Below, piece by piece: positions 58,859 to 64,000 of a stretch of 64,000 bases of DNA. The DNA lies in assembly GCA_964016885.1 (NCBI GenBank), contig OZ024745.1:1302001-1366000 (forward strand), written 5' to 3'. The translations under genes were made by a program, and so were the position numbers. The stretch is from Eledone cirrhosa. Lineage: Eukaryota. How positions within the stretch are numbered: position 1 is the stretch's first letter; the number at the start of each line of letters is the position of its first letter. Under the pieces are notes generated by a model that was not told the origin of the DNA, made no database searches, and was given only the letters and a program-made list of their open reading frames with translations.

Positions 58859-60973
58859 TGTCACTATGAAAGGCTACTAAATGAGGAGAATAAATGGGAG
58901 AAAGACAGTCTCCCCCATATCGACCCGATAGAGGGACCAGCAGTGTTAGTCGAGGGGAGTATAATAAGTAAGGCAATCAAGGATATGAAGACTGGTAAGG
59001 CGGCTGGGCCTTCGGAAATAGTTGCTGAGATGCTGAAGGCATCTGGCACGGTGGGACACACCATGGTCACCCGCATAGTTAACCAAGTCGTACAGAATGG
59101 GGTTGTTCCGAAGGACTGGCATAGCAGCATCATCGTTAACTGTTATAAGGGTAAAGGAGACGCCCTAGATAGGAGTAACTATAGAGGCATTAAATTAATC
59201 GACCAGGTCATGAAGGTCACGGAAAAAGTAATAGCTCAACTAATCAGAGAGAGAATTGATCTAGATGAAATGCAGTTCGGGTTTGTGTCAGGCAAAAGCA
59301 CCACAGACGCTCTTTTCATAGTACGACAACTACAGGAGAAGTACCTAGCTAAAGGTAAACCCCTCTACTTAGCTTTTGTCGACCTGGAGAAAGCCTTCGA
59401 CAGAGTCCCCCGCTCCATTATCTGGTGGGCTCTTAGAAAACTAGGCGTTGACGAATGGCTTGTGAGGGCTATACAAGCCATGTATAAAGAAACAGTCAGC
59501 AAGGTTAGAATTAACAACGAATATAGTGAAGAGTTTAGCGTAAAAGTTGGCGTCCATCAGGGCTCTGTTCTCAGCCCCCTACTATTTATTATTGCCCTTC
59601 AGGCTATAACAGAGGAGTTCAAGACAGGCTGCCCATGGGAACTCCTATACGCAGACGACCTGACACTCATAGCGGAATCAATGGCCGAGCTAGAGAAGAA
59701 ATTCCAAACATGGAAGCACGGCCTAGAGTCAAAAGGACTTAAAATTAACCTGGCTAAGACCAAAGTTCTAGTTTGTAGGAAAGAAAACAAGGCGGCGGTC
59801 CCTTCTGGGAAATGGTCGTGCTCGGTATGTAGGAAAGGCGTAGGTAGAAACTCCATCTTATGTCCTAAATGCAAAGTATGGGTGCATAAAAGATGTAGTG
59901 GGATCACAGGTAAGCTAACTAAGAACATAGACTTTACATGTGGCCGGTGTTCTGGTGCAATAAGTAGCAGCAAGTGCCCACAAAATACTAGCTCTTTCAA
60001 TTGCGCAGAGGGTTCTATAGAAATAGTGGACAGCTTCCGTTACCTGGGCGATAAAATCAGCAGTGGGGGAGGGTGCTCTGAAAGTACTGTAGCTAGAGTC
60101 AGAACTGGTTGGAAAAAGTTCAGAGAGCTTATACCACTATTAGCTGCTAAAGGGTTCTCCCTAAAAATGAAAGGCAGGTTGTACGATGCCTGCATACGAA
60201 CAGCAATGTTGCATGGTAGTGAGACCTGGGCATTGTGTGCAGAGGATATACGCAGACTAGAGAGGAACGAAGCTTGCATGCTCCGCTGGATGTGTAACAG
60301 TAATATACGTGAACGGCAAAGCATAAACGAACTAAGGAAAAAAATTAGAGATAAGAGGGATCAGATGTTGTTTACTCGAGAGAAGGCTGCGTTGGTATGG
60401 ACACGTGATGCGCATGAAAGTCGATAGCTGTATTACAAAGTGCAGGGCAATAAAGATAGACGGTAGCCACGGAATAGGCAGACCTAGAAAAACATGGGAT
60501 GAGCTGATAAACTCCGACCTCACACACTTACACCTCTCCAAGACAATGTCACTGGACCGTGACCTTTGGCGGTACTCAGTAACAGAGAAGACCCGCCTTG
60601 CCAGTAGGCATCTCTAACAAACTACACCCCGTCCCGCCACCACCCCCACCCCATCCACACCACCCCGTTCCATGTAAAGTTATGTTGGTGCCGCGCCATC
60701 CAGGCCGAAACAAACGAGATCGTGTAGGTGTCACGACAAAAAAACACACAGTCCACGCTGTAATGTGGCCGTGTAGGCAACACGGTAAAAACCTCCCAGA
60801 CCCACACTGTAAATGTGGTTGGTGTTAGGAAGGGCATCCAACTGTAGAAAACCTGCCAGACAGTCCTATGCGAGCAAGACAATCACTCTTGCCTCAAGTG
60901 GGACTACCCCCGTCCAAACCCATGCAAGCGTGGAACACGGACGTTAAACGTTGATGATGATGATGATGATGAT
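58859..60973 (+). mobile_element. 5'-truncated RTE LINE, copy B, inverted relative to copy A
   Basis: Starts at CHYERLLN. The RT is open up to a +1 A at 60338-60344. Same 3'UTR and (GAT)n tail as copy A. Confidence 0.95.
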
Positions 60974-61789
<816 letters not shown>

Positions 61790-62112
61790 TTTGTGAATAG
61801 GCATCATATCTTGTCATTTACCTCTGGTTTAAATTTCATATAAATCGAAGGGAAAATATTTCCAGCGGGGGTTTGTGCCCCCTGGGAACTCTTTGATTAA
61901 AATGAAATAAGTACAAAGCGAAACCTACAGTCAGTAGGCACCTCTAACAAAAATTAACTTGGTGGGTGCTGTGGTCGGGATGTTACATATCTCTGTACAT
62001 ATATATAGTTTAACTTAAACCAAAGCCTCCAAATGAGGGAGGAAGATACAAGGCAAAACAAACTAAAATAAAGTTTTACTCACATTATATCCCTAACTCC
62101 AGTTTCTGGAAT

Positions 62113-62315
62113 TCATCATCACTGTTTTATGTCCGTTCTTCCACGCTAGCATGGGTTAGACGGGTTGTCCTGTTGTGAGCAGTGTCTGGTCGGCTGACCT
62201 TGTCTTGCTCATACAGGAACTGATCCTGGCTTGATTTCTACAGCTGGATGCCCTTCCTAACACCAACCTCATTTACAGTGGGTGCTGGCTGCTTTTTTTC
62301 CCGTGGCGCCTACAC
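62113..62315 (-). mobile_element. SINE 3' half with RTE-type tail
   Basis: Collinear with 61290-61430. Contains a single GGTCGGCTGACCTTGTCTTGCTCATA and the CTACAGCTGGATGCCCTTCCTAACACCAACC module. Confidence 0.8.
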
Positions 62316-62333
62316 TATTAATCATCCTATAAA

Positions 62334-62782
62334 CAGCGAATTGGCAGAGTCGTTAGAATGTCAGATAGAGTGGTAGAGTTGTTAGAACGTCAGATAGAAT
62401 GGTAGAGTTGTTAGAATGTCTGATAGAATGGTAGAGTGGTGAGAACGTCAGATAGAATGGTAGAGTGGTTAGAACTTCAGATAGAATGGTAGAGTTGTTA
62501 GAATGTCTGATAGAATGGTAGAGTGGTGAGAACGTCAGATAGAATGGTAGAGTCGTTAGAACGTCAGATAGAATGGTAGAGTGGTTAGAATGTCTGATAG
62601 AATGGTAGAGTCGTTAGAACGTCAGATAGAATGGTAGAGTGGTTAGAACGTCAGATAGAATGTTTTATGGTATTCGGACTGGCTCCCTGCTCTCTGAATT
62701 CAAACCCTGCTGAGGTCAACTTTGCCTTTCATCCTTTAGAGGTCGATAAAAATAAAAGTACCAGTTGAGTACTGGAGTTGAT
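62334..62782 (+). mobile_element. Meta/MESC-like SINE whose head carries an 11-copy 29-bp tandem expansion (62342-62660)
   Basis: Unit TGGTAGAGTCGTTAGAACGTCAGATAGAA, then B-box-like GAATTCAAACC and core GGTCAACTTTGCCTTTCATCCTTT...GTCGATAAAAATAAAAGTACCAG. Confidence 0.85.
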
Positions 62783-63363
62783 TCTTCCTCTATATCTTTC
62801 TCAGTTCCTCTCTGAAACACTGTCGCTACAGCTCCCTTACAATTCCATCAGGAGTTACACGACCATACTATTCCATTAATCATTCTAATAAGACAACTAA
62901 CATTGGAAGAAAATACCTTCATCAGAGGGGTTCTTTGGAAATGGAAAAATGATATTGATCAGTTAGAATAAAAATAAGATAAATTTAAACCTAATCCTTA
63001 TTGAAGCAGCATTCTGTATTAATGGACACACATACATAGTTTAACTACAAAGATGAATATTTGTATATCAATGATAAAATGACAGGTTTGTAATGATACT
63101 AGAAATAGCTCACATCAAACCTGTGTATTGAAACTCAACAATAAAGGGGTAGTATATAACCAACAGAAAAAGAAAAAGTTTTTTTTTTGTCATTAATATA
63201 TGAAGGATATAGACAAGATAGCTTTGTCTAGATGAGAGAAGTATATAAACTTATAGACAAGGCAGCTTTAAATGTCTAGATGAGAGAAACAAACATCTTT
63301 AGAGATGTTTTGAATATTAATCGCAAACAAATTTTCTTTTTCCTCTGTTAGTTATATATATAT

Positions 63364-63687
63364 CAAGGAAGACACAGTAGAGGAAGACCACGAAAAACAT
63401 GGGCGGAGGTGGTGAGAGCAGACCTCAGATTGCTGAAACTCGCGCAGATGACGAAGGACCATGACAAGTGGAGAGATGCTGTGCTGAATAGGACCCGTCC
63501 GACCCTTGCAAGCAGGGAAAAGCGGACGTAAAATGATGATGATGAACTGGGTGTTAGGATGGGCATCCAGCTGTAAAAACCCAGCTAAAATATAGTTCCA
63601 CTTGAGCAATGTATGGTGTGGCCAACTGGACTACCCGTCTAACCCATGCAAGCGAGGAAAAAATGGTTGTTAAACAATGATGATGAT
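63364..63687 (+). mobile_element. RTE 3' fragment (63364-63545) followed directly by a SINE/LINE tail fragment (63546-63687)
   Basis: GRPRKTWAEVVRADLRLLKL peptide plus (GAT)n, then GGTGTTAGGATGGGCATCCAGCTGTAAAAAC ... ACCCATGCAAGCGAGGAAA...(GAT)n. Confidence 0.8.
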
Positions 63688-63896
63688 ATGTGTGTGTAAT
63701 AAAGTTTAAACAGAGATGATAATGATTAAGAAATATAGGAATGTCACAATTTCTCATACCTTGTCTGTTAAAAGTTGAAGCTTCATGTATAGACATCATA
63801 TGTTGTATATAAGTTGTTAGGACACATTGAAATAGCCATACTTAGAGCACAATAATAGCTGTTGAGTTGTAATATTTCTTCTCTCACCTTTTCTAG

Positions 63897-63962
63897 GGCC
63901 TTTATGCTATGTCTATGAACTGTATGGAGGCAGCAGAATCACAGTTTAATACAGCTTTCAAA
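63897..63962 (+). CDS. MAU2: MAU2/Scc4 cohesin-loader internal exon: GLYAMSMNCMEAAESQFNTAFK
   Basis: Strong acceptor tttcttctctcaccttttctag and donor AAA|gtaagt, 66 bp, phase 0/0. Matches my recollection of human MAU2 GLYCVSVNCMDNAEAQFTTALR. Confidence 0.82.
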
Positions 63963-64000
63963 GTAAGTTTAACTTCTACTAATGTTTTAAACTTTGCTTT

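Noticed and set aside
61862-61884. GC-rich hairpin CCAGCGGGGG...CCCCCTGG
   Set aside because: Isolated, with no CTRR terminus or other element context, so I cannot assign it.

Overview
Repeat-dominated animal genomic window, most likely from an octopus or related coleoid cephalopod. That is an inference from the CORE-type tRNA SINE, RTE LINEs with (GAT)n tails and very large (TA)n tracts. Two real genes are visible only as spliced exons: six consecutive coding exons of G-protein beta-5 (GNB5, minus strand, 20238-26999) and one internal exon of the cohesin loader MAU2/Scc4 (plus strand, 63897-63962). The huge ORFs in the track are artefacts of tandem repeats. The left side holds three large satellites (61 bp, at least 19.8 kb; 48 bp, 3.2 kb; about 40 bp, 12.9 kb) plus 31-bp and 28-bp minisatellites in GNB5 introns. 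After a 200-N gap comes a pile of retroelements separated by (TA)n/(TACA)n tracts: two internally deleted RTE elements (one with an HDV-like ribozyme remnant), a perfect 68-bp-arm palindrome, two inverted RTE LINE copies with a PHD finger inside the RT, and several SINEs. Main observation: the 61-, 48- and 31-bp arrays and a 112-bp duplication all map to adjacent modules of one about 200-bp 3' region shared by the RTE LINE and the SINEs. This looks like a retroelement tail that repeatedly seeds satellites, seen here at several stages. All alignments and family assignments were made by eye and from memory, without database searches.
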